Source: Gekko japonicus
Taxonomy: Eukaryota
NCBI RefSeq assembly: GCF_001447785.1
Contig: NW_015174274.1
Location: forward strand, 1,067,440 to 1,131,439
DNA: 64,000 nucleotides
Direction: 5' to 3'
Numbering within the stretch: the first letter of the stretch is position 1; the number at the start of each line of letters is the position of its first letter. The position numbers and the translations under genes are program-made. Below, piece by piece: positions 62,760 to 64,000 of this stretch. Under the pieces are notes generated by a model. It was not told where the DNA came from and made no database searches. It saw nothing but the letters and a program-made list of their open reading frames with translations.

Positions 62760-63513
62760 CATTTAACCAACATTGTCATAGAAAAGATTATGATTTCTTA
62801 ATTTTAATAATCATCATGGACCTTCTGCTGAATTTGGATACATGTCCATATAGCAGATGCAACCCTCTTATGATCTATTCCTACATGAGTACTTTGAAGT
62901 GTGGGACGGGAGAGACCCTCATACCTTCACTGAATGCACGAAAAGGATAAAAGGATCACTCAGCCTCTGTGTGTTCACTGGAAGACAGGAACAGAGCTGA
63001 TACACATTCACCTGTGTACAAGGCTTTTGTTTTCCATGTGATTGTGAACTCTGAAAAAAGCAGGGTTCTCAAGCATGTGGAGACATTGTAGAGTACAATC
63101 TTTCTGCATGAAAATTGTTTGCAAAGTACTTGTGTAACTGTCTTTGTAGACAGCCCTGAAGTTTATGGAAACCACATCTGTAGAACTGCAACAAAGTTGG
63201 GAGGCAATCTATTTTGAGAAGCAGTCTCAAAATATTCAAACCTGCAGTCCTCCCCCTCCAGCATCTCAAAGGAAAAAATCCAAACAAACTATCAGTTTCT
63301 ACAGTTAGCCAGGTGGGATGGCCCAAGATACAAACAAGTGCAGCTGTACACTGATTCCACCTTTCAACCCTAAACCTATTTCTGCTCTCAAAAGGCCTTG
63401 CTTCCAATGAGGTATATGTTTAGGACTGTGGGCCAAGTATAAACAATTTTTTTGGCTGTATGATCCAAAGGTTACTGCAGTTTTATAAATTTAATTTATT
63501 ATCATTTTTTTAC

Positions 63514-63692
63514 CTCCACATAATCTGCATCACAGGTTGTGATATTAAGGATCCGAAAGTCAGTGAAATTAAGAATGATGACATTGCCTTCAGGTTGAGA
63601 GATGACCCACTCACAGGTCTTGTCGTGAGGGATTGCCCTGGAGTAATATGGAGATCTGAGGACACCGTCACCAGACAAGATACCCCCACAAG
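63514..63692 (-). CDS. CUBN: CUBN exon (~exon 19), CUB4 N-half: (A)CGGILSGDGVLRSPYYSRAIPHDKTCEWVISQPEGNVIILNFTDFRILNITTCDADYVE
   Basis: Acceptor ctgcag| and donor |gtaaaa; 179 bp; CUB motif CGG..SP..C.W. Translated manually, not in the ORF track. Confidence 0.93.
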
Positions 63693-64000
63693 CTGCAGAG
63701 AGAAATTATTAATTTTATGTACTTTGATGATTTATTAACCACAAGATCAATAAAGTAATCAATAATAAATCAATAATATTAGTTTAGTCAATGAAACCCC
63801 TTATATGAATAGGTTCAATGAATAACCTCAACTGGGATAGATAATACAGTTAGACAGCTTTCAGTGATAAAACAGTTTCAGCAAGGGTAACCCAAAACAA
63901 AAGCACAAGAAACAGTAGGCCTAGACAATTTTTTTTTTTTGCCAAGTGCCTAAAAAGTTTAGAAGGCACACAAAACAGACCTCTGGGTGGATGGCATTGT

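Larger units (their letters stand above)
10019..63692 (-). other. CUBN: Cubilin gene, internal segment (11 exons, CUB4 to N-half of CUB9); the gene extends beyond both window edges
   Basis: Eleven minus-strand exons with AG/GT(GC) boundaries join in phase to give consecutive CUB domains resembling human cubilin CUB4-9. Exon lengths 179,163,(gap),131,184,161,182,157,188,160,182 are close to human exons 19-29 as I recall them. Confidence 0.96.

Overview
Vertebrate genomic DNA, almost certainly a squamate; the Sauria SINE, 5S-SINE, L2/CR1 and TAGGGTTGCCA-type hAT MITEs point to a gecko. The whole window lies inside the cubilin gene (CUBN) on the minus strand. I could place 11 coding exons with splice sites and continuous phase between 63692 and 10019. 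They encode CUB4 through the first half of CUB9, including the CUB5-8 region that binds intrinsic factor-B12, and correspond roughly to human exons 19-29 (numbering from memory). Three of these exons are absent from the ORF track, one exon ends in an assembly gap, and one intron uses a GC donor. The introns are dense with transposons: many hAT MITEs with 8-bp TSDs (often nested), Harbinger-like MITEs, L2 fragments, SINEs, a probable solo LTR and two diverged L1-ORF1-only (HAL1-like) retroposons. One of the latter is flanked by a ~215-bp direct repeat. There are four N-gaps and several tandem duplications, some probably assembly artefacts. No prokaryote-type systems, tRNA/rRNA genes or CRISPR arrays were found.
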